A stretch of DNA of 63,656 nt, filler included, from Reclinomonas americana ATCC 50394 (GCA_048213135.1; 14 parts of 14 records of this genome joined end to end with filler, not necessarily neighbours in it), one strand, 5' to 3'. Numbered from the whole stretch's first letter, positions 1 to 11,916 are shown. Translations and numbers: made by a program. The notes: a model not told the origin generated them from the letters alone.

Positions 1-5
1 TGCAG

Positions 6-456
6 GACTACCGAGTGCCGAAGGAGGAGCATTTCCTCACCGAGTATTCGTTGCGTGCATGCGTGGTGCTCGCTCCACTACAAAGACCCGTTTTCTCATC
101 ATCATCATGTTTACAGATCTCGATTCGCCGCGACCGCCGCTGCCGCTGCTGCCGCCAACGCTCGCAATGCAGGAACCGGTAGCGCCAGTCGCGCCACGCC
201 GCGCAACCCCGACGACATGTCCACACCGCCGCCTGCTGCGCGTCCGTCCTCGGCCACCGTGCGTCCGCGCACTCCCGTCATGGTGACACCGCCCGCGTGT
301 GATCGCGACGGTCGCGAGTACAAGCCAGGCAGGGGTCCCACGGACACGCTGAACACGAAAACATTGCTGCGCTCTCCCGACCAGTTCCGGTCGACGTACG
401 AGGCCTCGTTTGGCGCCACCTCGCGTGCGTCTCTTCCCCGCATCTCCTTTTTTTGA
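6..456 (+). CDS. 3' part of a hypothetical eukaryotic protein (partial, probably spliced)
   Basis: Open frame 117-456 follows a TTTACAG acceptor. Peptides HFLTEYSL and QFRSTYEASF loosely resemble Mn-type (T/S-x-Y-xxx-F) microtubule-binding motifs. The splice phase could not be reconciled. Confidence 0.3.
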
Positions 457-896
457 TCTCGCTCAATTCTGACACTTTTTCACGTGCAGTACGATCGTCG
501 GGCGACTGGGAGCGTGGTGGCCCTGTGCTCTTCTTGCGCAAGTGGGACCCAACTGGCAAGACCGCCTTTTGAGATGTTCTGGCTGTGCACCGAGTGCCGC
601 TGAAGAAGCTGCACTCGTGTGCGTATTGTTGTTGTCGTCAATGTTTTTCGTGTTTGTCGCTGCTGAAACCCCACAATGTATCCTAACGTCTGTCGAACTC
701 ACCAACTACCACGCCGCAATCAAGTTCAATTTACGCATATTTTCCGCCAATGAAAAGAGATAAGAGAGAAGAGACAGACAGAGGAGACAGAGTGCACGAG
801 TGCGACATCCAACTTGACCTGCAAAGCGGGCATACAGCAACAGCCTACACACACCACACACACACAACCCGCCATCCGCAAAATATTGAATGGTCC

Positions 897-2904
897 TCAC
901 AATGCCAGCGCTCGTGTCAACTCCTCAATGCCCAGCGTCGGCAGGTTCCAAATCACAATCTTGCCATCGAGACCAATCGTCGAGACCTTGGTGATGGTGC
1001 CCTCCTGCCTGCCCACTGCCCTCACCTCACTGCACGCACGCATACGTGTGTAAGCCAACCGCACACAGAAATCTTTCAAGTGGATGCGACGCGGCACGCA
1101 ACGTAATGGGGTTCGTGTGAATCGTGTCAGCCGACTTGGCCGCGGAGCCAGAGCCGGAGCCCGACGCACCGCCCGACGATGAGGACGACACTGGCGCAGC
1201 AGCCTATTGTGCACGAGGCAGTGTGAGTTGTCGTCACACACCAAGGGAGAGAAAACAGCGAGACGCAACAGTCTGGAAGCGTGCAAACGCGGCGCGAGTA
1301 AAGTCTGACGAGGCACCCGGTCGAGCCGCGGCGTTGGCCGCGGCACCACCGCCCTTCTTGTCAATCAGCGACTTGCGGACCCTGTGGCGGAGACGCGTAA
1401 GTGCCATCCCATCGACAGCAACCTCCTCCCTCTCCAATTCCACTCACCAGTGACCACCCTCGAACGTGAATAGCGTGGGGTTGATCGAGTGGCCAGTGGC
1501 AATCAGCGCCTGCTCGCTGAGGAACAGGATGGAGGTGTACGGCAAATCGCCGCAGCGGACCGTGTGCACCGTCGGCTTGCCCTCGGCGTCGGTGTGGACC
1601 AGGTCGGCAACGTACACCGAGGCGTCGTGTGCTGTTTGCCTCCAAAAAATCAGCACACACTATCAGACAGTCAGAGAGTCACACCCGGCATGTGACGCAA
1701 CAGACAAAGCCGAGCGATGATCCCGTCGGTGACCAGTCCACAGAGTGCACCCAGCCGGAGCTGATGGTGAACTCGGCCAGCTTCTCACCGAGCTTCGGCT
1801 GCTTCAGCTTGCTGCTCGGAAGAAGAAGTAGAATGAGCGCGCAAACCCAACACAAAACGGCGGCGATGACGGGAGTGTGAGACGCACCCGTCGCACTCCC
1901 TGTGATAGGCCGAGTAGATGCGGCACTTGTTGTCGGAGGAGGCGGTGGCCAGCACGAGGTTGTTGGGGTGCCAGGCGAGCGCGAGAATGGTCGAATCGTG
2001 CGCCGGGAACTGCTTCGGCACCCACCAGTTGTTCTCCGCCTCAAAGTGGCACACCGACACCACCTTCTCTTCACCGTCCTTGTGCTTCGCGCCAGAGCCC
2101 ACTGCGAACTTGTTGCCTGCCATATATCGAGAATGAGAAGAAGGAGGGGGAAGGAGAAGAAGAGGAGGTGGAGAAGGAGGTGAAGGAGGAGAAGGAGAAG
2201 GAGGAGAAGGAGGAGGAGGACAAGGGGAAGGGGAAGGAGAAGGAGGAGGAGGAGGAGGAGGAGGAGGAGGAGGAGGAGGAGGAGGAGGAGGAGGAGGAGG
2301 AGGAGGAGGAGGAGGAGTAGTAGTAGTCGAACAACAACAAGAAGAAGAAGAGCAAGGGAGAGAGAGGGAGAGATAGACGAGGAGATTTATCCCACCTTGC
2401 GGGCTCCACTTGACACACGTGGCTGCGCGATTGATTTGCAGAATGCACAGAGAGGGGGTAAAGGTGCCAGTGCGGGCATCGGGGGTCCACACGTAGGCGT
2501 TGCGGTCGTGTGAGCACGACACCATTTGCTTGGTCACCGGGTGCCAGTCAATGCTCGACACCAGTTGGTCATGCTCGCGCAGCGTCTGCTCCAGCTTGAA
2601 CGTGTTGCTGGCCGCTGTGTACGCGTACACAAGGATCTCGTTGTTGTTGGGGCACAGCGCGACCTCTGTGTGTGAGAGTGTGTGAGTGTGAGGAAAAACT
2701 CGACATTGTGCGTCATGTCCACTCGCACGCCCGGTGCACAGTACGATGCAAGGATGCATGCGTGGTGCGCAGTGTGTGTGTGAGGAGAGAGAGAGAGTGT
2801 GCAAGTGTGTGCACGTGCGTGCAGGGGGATGAGTGAGCGCAACTTGTGCCATCGCCATTCCACGCGTGACACGTAATGTTCTTGGCCAGGTGCGAGAACG
2901 ACAT
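897..2904 (-). CDS. ARPC1: Arp2/3 complex subunit 1 (ARPC1/p41, WD40), multi-exon
   Basis: Spliced peptides MSFSHLAKNITCHAWNGDGT|KVALCPNNNEILVY...SCSHDRNAYVW...LQINRAATCVKWSPQ|GNKFAVGSGAK...FEAENNWWV...HDSTILALAWHPNN...GWVHSVDWSP...STIGLDGKIVIW, with GT-AG introns. Confidence 0.93.
2241..2317. repeat. (GGA)n microsatellite within an ARPC1 intron
   Basis: About 25 perfect GGA units between the donor at 2395 and the acceptor near 2118. Confidence 0.95.
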
Positions 2905-3062
2905 TGCTGCTTGCTTTGCGTGGGACACTGCTTTCACGGGCGCGTCTGAGGGGAAAGAAAGACAATGAGTGACGGCGGGTTTCACGCTACTCTGCGCAAT
3001 TCCGGTACGGTAACCCACTCGATCTTTTCGTTCTTTCGTCGTTTTTTTTTGTGAGTGCAGCC

Positions 3063-4203
3063 ATGCCGATCCAGTATGCGATGGTCGCTGAGGTGGGCGA
3101 CCTGTTGCATATGCGCGTGTGTGTGTGTGTTGTCGGTGCTATTTTGTTCTTTTGTTCAACATGGTGCGCCATTTCGCACGTCAAACTCACTCTCTCTCTG
3201 TGTCTGTGACTTGTGTTGTGTCGTTGTCTTGTTCTCTGTTAGGGCGACGATGTGCTCGCCGAGGAGCCCAGCAGCGCTCGCCAGCATGCACAAATCGGTT
3301 TGTGGCGTGTGATGCACTTCACTTTGATTCGCACACACACACTCTCACACACAATGGATGCTCATTCTCTTGCTCACTTACACACACGCACGCGCACACA
3401 GCTCGTCAAATCGTTTCGAAAATTGAGCGAAAGAATCAGAAGCGCACACTGACACAGGGCGGGTACGTCAATTCAACCTCTCACAGTCATCACTCTTTTC
3501 TCTCTCACACACGCTGTGATGCGCAGCGTGAACTTCCACGTCAAGTACTCTGGCACGTACTTGTTCCTGTGTGTGGCTGATGCCGATTTCCCGCTGCGCG
3601 TCTGCTACAAGTTCCTCGATGACATTGAGCACGAAACACCCGGACGCAACCTCAAGTCGGTCCTGCGCAACCGCATGGTGAGTGATGACAGCGACAACAA
3701 CAACACAGCGGGAGTATTTTCGATTCCAGCAGTAGCAGCCGGTGACTGAAATGTTCCTCGAATTCAGGCGCACTACAACGATCCCAAATCCGACGATATC
3801 ATGCGTGTGCGTGGAGAGATTGAGGAGGTCAAGGGCGTGATGATGGACAACATTGGTTTGTGTGGCGATGTAGCGTGATTGGCGATCGTCGGGGCTGATT
3901 GCGTCGGTCGGTGTGCAGACAAGGTGCTGGAGCGACAGGAGCGACTGGATCGCATGGTGGAGAAGACGACAACGCTGGCCGATCAGTCGTCCACCTTCCG
4001 TCAGCGATCGACGGCGCTCAAGAGACACTTTTGCATGCAGCACTTCAAGAGTTGCGCCGTGTGGCAAGGAGGAGAAGGATTGCCACCATGTGCTCACTTC
4101 TTCATGCGCAGTGATTATCATCATCACGGTGATTGTGCTGGTGGTGCTGTTCTTCATCATTGTGGCCGGCTGCGGCGGCTTCTCGTTCCCCCGCTGCCAC
4201 TAA
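3063..4203 (+). CDS. VAMP7: VAMP7-like longin R-SNARE, 7 exons
   Basis: MPIQYAMVAE|GDDVLAE...YLFLCVADADFPLRVCYKFLDDI (longin domain); VRGEIEEVKGVMMDNI|DKVLERQERLD (R-SNARE motif); C-terminal TM IIIITVIVLVVLFFIIVAGCGGF. Confidence 0.9.
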
Positions 4204-4556
4204 GGCGCGCTGGAGGAGAAACCCCACAAATGCGAGCGAACCTCTGCGTGCATCGTGGGGGTCGCTCCACACCTCTCCCCTCAAGATCTCTCATCGTTGT
4301 CATTATCATTAACTTTCCTCTCGTTCCCCTCTCCTTGTGTGTTGTTGGTCGCTGTCGTCGCCGTACATTATTTTTTTGCTGGACTTCCCCTCCTCGTCTT
4401 TAGGAACTCAAAGAGAAGGCCTCTCGCTCCAGCCCAGATGGAGTCTGTGTGTGTCCTTTTCTCCATCTCCACCCCTTGTAAAACTCGCTAATGTGCTGCG
4501 CGTACATGCCGTGAGGAGAGGTTTTCTGTTTTCTCTTTACTACGCCCTCGACGATG

Positions 4557-5284
4557 CTAGTCGGCGAGTGGATTGGCGTGAATGGTCACGCGGTTGATTT
4601 TGATCTCCTTGAGCGGGCGGTCCTTGGCATCCACCGGCACCTTCTCCATCGCATCCAACGTCTCAAACCCCGCAATCAACCTGCTTGCAACATAAGAACG
4701 AAAGAGCAACCTCTCGTGCGAGGAGTAAAGAGACGCAGCTTGCCAAAGATGGTGTACTTTCCGTCCAAGTGCGTCGCCTTTTTCGCGTACGTGAAGAAGA
4801 ATTGTGAGCCATTCGTGTTGGGACCCTTGTTGGCCATCGACATTAGCCCGCGTCGATTGTGCTTGAGCGAGTCATTGAGCTCGTCCTCAAACGGCACCTC
4901 CCACATCGACTTGCCGCCCTTACCAGTGCCTGTGTGGGGGCTCGAGGTGAGAGACAGTATGAGAGAGGAGAGAGAGGAAGAGTTGACCTGTTGGATCGCC
5001 GCCTTGTATCATAAAGTCTCTGATGTTGCGGTGAAAGATGGTGTTGTCGTAGTAGCCAGAGGCGCATAGTGCGAGGAAGTTCTGTGCATAGCGCGTGAGA
5101 GGCAGAGAGACACAGAGAGTGTGGGCATGTGGAAGAGAGACCTCTGCTGCTCGTGGTGTCAACTCGCAAAAGAGCTCGACTTTGAGGTCGCCGAGTGAGG
5201 TGTGCAAGGTAACACTCTGTGCGCGCGCATACAGTGAGGCACGCACATAAGACAGACAAGGCATTGTGCGCGTGTGCTCACCAT
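4557..5284 (-). CDS. PPIL3: Cyclophilin-type PPIase PPIL3/Cyp10, 5 exons
   Basis: [19 protein letters not shown]...[37 protein letters not shown]...[15 protein letters not shown]...[11 protein letters not shown]...[10 protein letters not shown]. Confidence 0.92.
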
Positions 5285-5331
5285 TGTCAAGTCAATCAAC
5301 GAGTGTCCTGTGCAGTGTGTGTTTGTGACGA

Positions 5332-7123
5332 ATGGTGGTGCGAAGCTTGCAAGGAGTCGACGACGCGAGTGCACTGGAGGAGGAGACGCGGAGGGTGTGT
5401 CACGCGGTGCCTCCGCGTGCGCTGGTCGATGTCACAAAGGCCGCAGTCGGACTCCTCTCACAGGTGAGAGAGAGAGAGAGAAGGAGAAGGGAGGGAAGGG
5501 CGAAGAGAAGGCGACAAGGGAGAGAACAGAGAAAGAAAGAGAGTCAAGAGAAGCACTCGGAACACACACACACACGCACACACACACACACACAGAGTGG
5601 CTCTGAGACTCACGCCCTCACTCGCACACAGACTGCTTTGACTTCATTCTCCTCTCTTTTTCCTACTGTTTTCATCATGTTCTCCTGTGCTTTTCGTAGG
5701 ATGTTGCTGCGGAGGATCTCGGTGATGTTTTCGAGCAACTGGCCGCGAAGCATGCTCCTCTCGAGGTCAAGGTCATTCGTGCGGCCTTCCGCACCTTTGT
5801 GCTGGTCAGTGCATGACACACACACACACACGCAGGCTTCTTGTTGTGACTGATTGTGTGTGTGCAGCTGGTGCAAGGTGCTTTGCGGAACAATGTGTCG
5901 CCTGATCAGCTGGCGGCGGATATGACGGAGCTTGGTTGCGTTTGTTTTCTTCCGTCCGTCTTGTGTTTTGATGCTGTTTTCATGTTGTTTTCTTGTGTAG
6001 GATGTGAGGAGGCGGTGGCGGGTGCGATTGGCAAGGTTTGGCGCGATAAGCTGGTGAATGTGTCGCGGAATGTGCTCGGCAACACGGTCACTGTGAATCA
6101 GCTGGTGGATATTCAGTGGCGTTTTGGAGGTGAGGGGGTGGAAGGGGGAAGGTGTTTACGTTGAGAGGATAGAGCACTTGATCAGGTCGGGGAAAGCAGG
6201 GCAGGTGCACGTGTGGGATCGTCCTTCCCATCTTCGCATTCTTCATCCTCCTCTGTGCGTGCAATGAGGCACGAGCACTGGACCGCTTCCTTGTGCTTCC
6301 TCTTCCTTCTCTGATCACGCCGTCTTCGCTTGCATTCTCTGTGCATGTATTGGAAGAGAGCAGCTGATCGCTTCCTGTCCTTCCTTTGTCCATCTCTTCC
6401 TTCTCCGATCACCTCGCCTTCTTGCATTCTTCATCCACGTCTGTGCATGCAATGAGGCATCGGCACTTGATCGCTTCCTTGTGCTTCACCTTCCTTCTCT
6501 GATCATGCCGTCTTCCGTAGCATCATCTGTGCATGTACTGGAAGGGGCAGCTTGGGCGCTTAATCGCTACCGAGTTCTTCATCTTCGTCCATCTCTTCTC
6601 CAATCGCCCCGTCCTCCCTTGCGTCCTCTGTACTTGCACTGAAAGAGAGCAGCTGGGGCACTTAATCGCTTTCCTCTGCGTCGTCTTTGCTCATTCTCCG
6701 ATCGCCCCGCCTTCTCTTGCACTCTCCATTCATCCGCGTCTGTGCATGTACGGAGAGGGAGCAGCTGGGCATTGGCATTTGATCTATTCCCTGTACTTGC
6801 CTTCGCCCATCTTCTCTCTCTCTCTCACACACACACTCTGAAAGCCTTGTCTTTCATACTCTTCAGAGCTGAGAAAACCTTTCCTCCTTCACCTCTCTCT
6901 CCCCTTCCTTCTCCTTCGCATCCTCACTTCCCTTCTTCCCTTGTCCCGCGCAGTGACGGCCTCCAGCAACGAGCTGAGCGACGTCGGCGCCACCTTCCTC
7001 CAACTCAACCTGAAGCTGGAGTCGGGCGACGATGTGCACATGGAGATGTCGCTGCCGCAATTCTATCAGTTTTTGCACGAGATGGAAAAGGCCAATTCCG
7101 CACTGGCGCTGCTCGACTCGTGA
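5332..7123 (+). CDS. COMMD7: COMM domain protein, COMMD7-like, 5 exons
   Basis: GALRNNVSPDQLAADMTELG...NQLVDIQWRFG|VTASSNELSDVGATFLQLNLKL...EMSLPQFYQFLHEMEK matches the COMMD7 COMM domain as recalled. First exon 5332-5463. Confidence 0.85.
6235..6800. repeat. Degenerate intronic minisatellite, about 6 units of 86-113 bp
   Basis: Recurrent TCTGTGCATG...GCAGCTG/GCACTTGATCGCT at about 6251, 6337, 6440, 6526, 6626 and 6739, inside COMMD7 intron 6130-6953. Confidence 0.8.
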
Positions 7124-7223
7124 TACACACACGCTCTCTTTTTCTCTCTCTCTCTCTCTGTCAGTGTGGCAGTAAAATGATATTCATGCATTTTGTTGTT
7201 GGAGCTCATCCCCCCACACACTC

Positions 7224-7509
7224 TCATCCCCTCCGCATGAGTTGCTGTTGCAGGCGACTCAGTTGCGCCTCGTCGACCACCACCGCCACGGTGCCGGAGG
7301 CGGCTAGTGCGGGTGCCGCCGCCGCCGCCGAGGTCGCCAAGGTGATGCGACCGACAGGTCGCAGGGTGCGCTGGTTGAGGGCACGAGCAAACTGTGGCGC
7401 CGCAAACGTGCGCTGCGACGCCTCCACGGTCATGTAGTGCGCCTTGTTGATGAAGAAGTTGGTCACGTCGTTCTTCAGGGCGGTGGCATGCTGCACTGCC
7501 AACGTCTTC
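7224..7509 (-). CDS. 3' end of an unidentified eukaryotic gene (partial)
   Basis: Open frame runs from the contig edge to a stop at 7224 (...LKNDVTNFFINKAHY...DEAQLSRLQQQLMRRG*) with GC-rich third positions. Confidence 0.45.
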
Positions 7510-7609
7510 NNNNNNNNNNNNNNNNNNNNNNNNNNNNNNNNNNNNNNNNNNNNTTAATTAATTAANNNNNNNNNNNNNNNNNNNNNNNNNNNNNNNNNNN
7601 NNNNNNNNN
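7510..7609. other. Artificial contig linker
   Basis: 44N-TTAATTAATTAA-44N. Confidence 0.99.
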
Positions 7610-9190
7610 GATGCCGCTGGCCTCATGCGAGAGCCTGGCTGCCTGCCGCGAGGCATCGGCCGCGGCCTTCACTGAAGCGGCGAGCTCCTCGGTGGTCGCG
7701 GCGCTCTCCTCCAGCGAGGAGGCCTGTTCCTCGGTGCGCTTGGAGAGATCGTCAGCGCCGCTGGTGATCTCGCGGCCGGCGGTCGCGACCTCGACGGAGG
7801 TCGCCTTGATCGCGTCGACGGTGGCGGCGAGGCGCTCGATCGCGCTGTTGAAGTCCTGTTTCAACGTCTCGTAGTCGGGCGCGACCGCATCCTCGATCCG
7901 CACGGTTAGGTCGCCCTGCGAGAGGCGGGCGAGCGCCTCGGCCAGAAGGGCGACGACCTCACGCTGCTCGGCTAGCAGGGAGCTCTGCGCCGCAGCGGCT
8001 TCCTCGCGCTGTCTGATGATGGCGAGATTCTGGCGTTCGGCCGCGGCCCGGCCCTCGCTGGTCTCGGCCTCCAGCCGCTGCACGGCGAGGCCGTTCTCCT
8101 TGAACACCTGCACGGCCTGCGCCATCTGGCCGATCTCGTCGCGGCGCGAGAGGCCGGCAATCGCGACCTCGTAATCGCCGGCGGCGAGCTTCAGCATGGC
8201 GTCGCGCAGGCGGCGCAAGGGAAGGGCGGTGGTGCGGCCGACAATGAAGGCAGCGATCAGGCCGAGCACCAGCGCGGCAGCGACCGTTCCGAGGATGATT
8301 CCTTGAGTCCGGCCCTGCGCCTCGGCGAGGCGGGCGCCGGCCTGGGCTTCCTCGGCCGAGAGCTTGGTTTCGAGCTCCTGCAACGGCGGAGCGATCAGAT
8401 CGAACTCGCCCGAGAGTTTCTCGCCGGCGAGCATGAAATCTTTTTCCGCCTTGCTCCAGGCCGGGACGATCTCGGCATAGGCCTTGAACGCCGGTTCGAT
8501 CTCGGCCTTGGCCTCGGCGGGAACGTCGGGACGACCGAGCGCGCGTTCGAAGCGGCCCTGCTCGACTTCCCATTGGCCGAGCAGACTCTCGTCGAGGGAA
8601 AGACGATAGGCGGCGTCGATCCGGCGCAAGGCCGCAAGAATGCCGGGCAGGCGCGCTAGGTCGGCCGAATCCGAGCCCATGCTGTTGGAGCGGACCTTGG
8701 TCCCCAGGGTGTCGGCTGCCTCCTCCACTTGCGCAGCCAGACCTTCCGGGGCGGCAGAACGCAAGGCGAGCTGCATTTTGCTGATGGCGGAGAAGTCGGC
8801 CTCGATCGCTTTCAAAGGCGCCTCGACTGCGGCGATGTCATCGCGCAGGCGCTCGGCGCCCGGCGAGCCGCCGAGGCGGGCGACCGCCTGCTTCAGAGAT
8901 TCAAGACCAGTCTTGAAGTCGTTGATATCCGTGGCTTCCTGGCGGAAGCGGACATCGCGGCTCTGCGCCTTCAGCGCGAAGCTCGCAGCGCGCACCTCGC
9001 GCGAGCGGGCGGCAAGGGCGGAATAGGCCTTGTGGTCCTCGAAGGCGGCGGTGAGTCGGCCGCTGCCGGTCCAGGACGCCATGCCGATCAGCACGAGGCC
9101 GAGGACGAAGACGACGCTGACCAGCGCGATCCTGAGCTGGATCGTCAGGCGCGATGCGGCCGAGCGCGAGTGTTCGGTAGACAACGCCAT
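7610..9190 (-). CDS. Methyl-accepting chemotaxis protein (2 TM, HAMP, MCP signal domain), 3' truncated
   Basis: TM1 and TM2; HAMP PLRRLRDAMLKLAAGD...RRDEIGQMAQAVQVFKEN; second HAMP LSQGDLTVRI; EITSGADDLSKRTEEQASSLEESAA. Confidence 0.93.
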
Positions 9191-9254
9191 GACCCTCACA
9201 CCTGTCGAGATCGGGCGAAAGCATGGCAAAACAGGCTTAATGTTCCGCTAAACG

Positions 9255-9289
9255 AAGAAGGCGCGGCCGTGAGGCCGCGCCTTTTTCTT
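9255..9289 (-). terminator. Rho-independent terminator hairpin (possibly bidirectional)
   Basis: AAGAAGGCGCGGCC-GTGA-GGCCGCGCCTTTTTCTT, 17 bp after the stop of the upstream MCP. Confidence 0.8.
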
Positions 9290-9306
9290 GGGCCGGCTCG
9301 TACGTC

Positions 9307-9467
9307 CTAGAACTCTTCCCAGCCGGCGTCGTCCGCGCGGGTATTGGCGTGCTTGCGGCCGGGGGCCTGGCGTGGCGCTGCCTTTTTCTGCTCGGCGATG
9401 GCAGCCGCGAGCTTGCGCAGGCGTTCCGGCTCCGCGCCCTGGCCGGTCGCGATCGCGGCCAGGTCGG
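9307..9467 (-). CDS. C-terminus of a second MCP ending in the CheR/CheB-tether pentapeptide
   Basis: Minus-strand frame ...PGRKHANTRADDAGWEEF*. xWxxF is the MCP C-terminal pentapeptide. Absent from the ORF track. Confidence 0.85.
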
Positions 9468-9567
9468 NNNNNNNNNNNNNNNNNNNNNNNNNNNNNNNNN
9501 NNNNNNNNNNNTTAATTAATTAANNNNNNNNNNNNNNNNNNNNNNNNNNNNNNNNNNNNNNNNNNNN
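9468..9567. other. Artificial contig linker
   Basis: 44N-TTAATTAATTAA-44N. Confidence 0.99.
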
Positions 9568-11885
9568 AAAGAACGCCCGCAAGAGGTAGAGGTGCGGCCC
9601 GGCTTTGATCCGACTGTGGAGAAGGTCTGCACCAGGAGCCTCTTCGGGCTGCCCGTTGCTCGCTTCTACACCATGTCCCGGCAGGAGGCCGGCTCGAACG
9701 TCACGACATCGATCAGCTATTCGCTCGACAGCCAGAACCAAGTGGCGCTCACATTCGACCTGGCGCTGCTGCAATGGCCGCTGCTTGCCTTGATGCGCTG
9801 GCTGGTGGAGGCGCGGGGATGGCAAAGCCCTGGGCGTCAGGCGACCCTCCTTTACGTTCTGCCGCGCCTAGGCGTCGATGCGCGTCCAGCGCTTCGCCGC
9901 CGCTACTTCTTGTTCGCGCTGCCCAGCACCGTCCTGCTGGTGGCCAGCATTGGGATTTTCGCGGCCTTGTGGGCAGGGCTGACGCTGCCGAGCGATCTGC
10001 CGCCTACTCTGTTGCTTGTCTCCAGATTGCCCGAAGCCACGGCGGTGATCGTCGCCCTGACGGCAATCGCAAGCGGCCGGGACGCCTTCTACGACGAGGC
10101 AGCGGGAATGAGCGTCGTCTATATCCGCGAAGAGATCGACGCGGCTGCACAGTTCCCGCAGTTGCCTGCGCCGGAGTCAAAGCAGGCGGGAACCAGCAAC
10201 GGCCTGCTTTCTCCCGTGCCTTGGGTGCCTTGGCGCTAGCTCTAATGCTCGTCCTCGTCTTCTTGGGCGAACTCGCCATGTCGATCGAGGGGGCGCGTGT
10301 CATGGCCGTGACCGCGCCGACTCTGGTGCTGTTCGGCGCGATGTCGAGTGAGTTGGTCTTTCAAGCGGGGCAGTGGTACCGGCTGGTCTGTTCCATATTC
10401 TTGCATGGCAGCACAGCCCACCTGTTTGCCAATGTCGTACTGCTCGTGATTGCCGGCTGGTTTCTTGAAGCCGTGCTCGGTATTGGCTGGCTGCTCGCGA
10501 TCTTCCTGCTGGGAGGATTGTCCGGCTCCCTCGCTTCGGTCAGCTTCAATCCGCCCGCCCTTCTGGGTATTGGCGCGTCCGGAGCCGTGCTGGCTCTCGT
10601 CGCTGCGGGCTTGGTACTCAGCTTCAGGAGGCCGGACACCACCCGAAACAGATGGCTGAGGGGCTTTTGCCTCGCAGCGCTTTTCGGCGCCGCTTTTTCG
10701 AGTACCGGGTTCGGCCCCATCCGCGTCGATCATGCCACGCATATCGCCGGTGCGCTGAGCGGTGGCGCGCTTGGTTTGCTCGTCTGGTGGAGCTGGGACC
10801 GCGAAACGGAGCGTCCGCGCTGGCGTCGGACCGCTCTCGCCAGTGCATTCCTTCTGCCCGCGCTGACGTTCCTGTCGATTCCCCGGGCGGGCTTTGGCGA
10901 CGTGTCCCTGGCGAGATTTCTGATACCGGAAGAACGCTTGCCCAAGACAGATGCTGAGTGGATAGCGCAATCCACCGAACTGGTACGGCGTTATCCTCGC
11001 GATCCTCGCAGCCATGTCGCCCGGGCACTGGCGCTCAATGACGACAAGGCGGAACGCGAGAAGTCATTGGCGCTGGTCAAGAGGACGCAGACGGATCTGG
11101 TGTCTACCGAAGGCCCGAAAGTCGAGCAGAATGCCTTGTTCCTGGTCGGTCAGGCTCGATTCAAGGCTCGGGATTGGGACGCTGCGAATGATCTCTTCAC
11201 CCGCGCCATCGCAATCAATGCGCCGACTCGGTCCGAAATTTTCGGTGCGCGTGCCGCGACAGCGCGTATGCTCGGCCGTCCGGAGGCTGCGTTGGATGAT
11301 CTGCAAGCCCAATTGCGATCGCAACTGGTCAATGCGGAGATACTCCAAAGCATGGCGGGCGCGCTATCCGACATGGGGCGCCACCCAGAGGCGCTGCAAA
11401 AGCTTGACGAAGCTCTGCTCCTCAATCCCAAGAACTTCGGCGCCACTCGCAGCCGCGGTTGGTATGCATTCCTCGACGGCCGCGCAGACGAAGCCGTTCG
11501 AGGCCTCGAACGTGCCGTGGAACTGAATCCGAACGATGCCTATGCCGTGCTTTTCCTGCATATCGCGTCCATGCGGGCAGGCCAGGGCGAGCGCATCACA
11601 GCATCTGGTGCAAAGGTCGATATGCAGGAATGGCCCGCGCCGATCATTCGATATTACCGTGGTGAGATTGACGCCGAGCAACTCCGCGAAGCTGCCAAGA
11701 ACCAGGATCAGGTCAAATACAATGAGCAGGATTGCGAGGCGAGCTTCTATATTGCCGAGGCGCGCCTCATGCAGGGGGCGACGAAGGACGCTGAACCGCT
11801 CCTGAGCCACGCGTGGCAAATCTGCCCGAAGACGTTCTATGAATGGGGTGCTGCCCGGGCCGAGCTACGCCGCATCGGTCAATAA
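9568..11885 (+). CDS. Membrane N-domain + rhomboid protease + TPR/NlpI-like domain; apparently one gene split by a 1-nt deletion near 10227, 5' truncated
   Basis: Rhomboid motifs WYRL...HGSTAHLFAN, GASG (catalytic Ser) and HATHIAG (catalytic His). TPRs, then an NlpI-like tail WPAPIIRYYRG...CEASFYIA...FYEW. The upstream frame ends PVPWV where rhomboid TM1 begins. Confidence 0.82.
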
Positions 11886-11916
11886 TGGGCTGTGGGAGCC
11901 TGTGCTCCTGCGCTGC

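Noticed and set aside
1877..2517. Poly-Glu, poly-Pro and poly-Ser ORFs
   Set aside because: They are translations of an intronic (GGA)n tract in ARPC1.
7554..7565. TTAA target-site duplication of a piggyBac-like element
   Set aside because: The same 12-mer is centred in every N-gap; it is a synthetic six-frame stop.
9774..10227. N-terminal ~150 aa of the 703-aa ORF in the track
   Set aside because: Arg/Gly-rich off-frame reading of the membrane domain encoded in the 9592-10239 frame.
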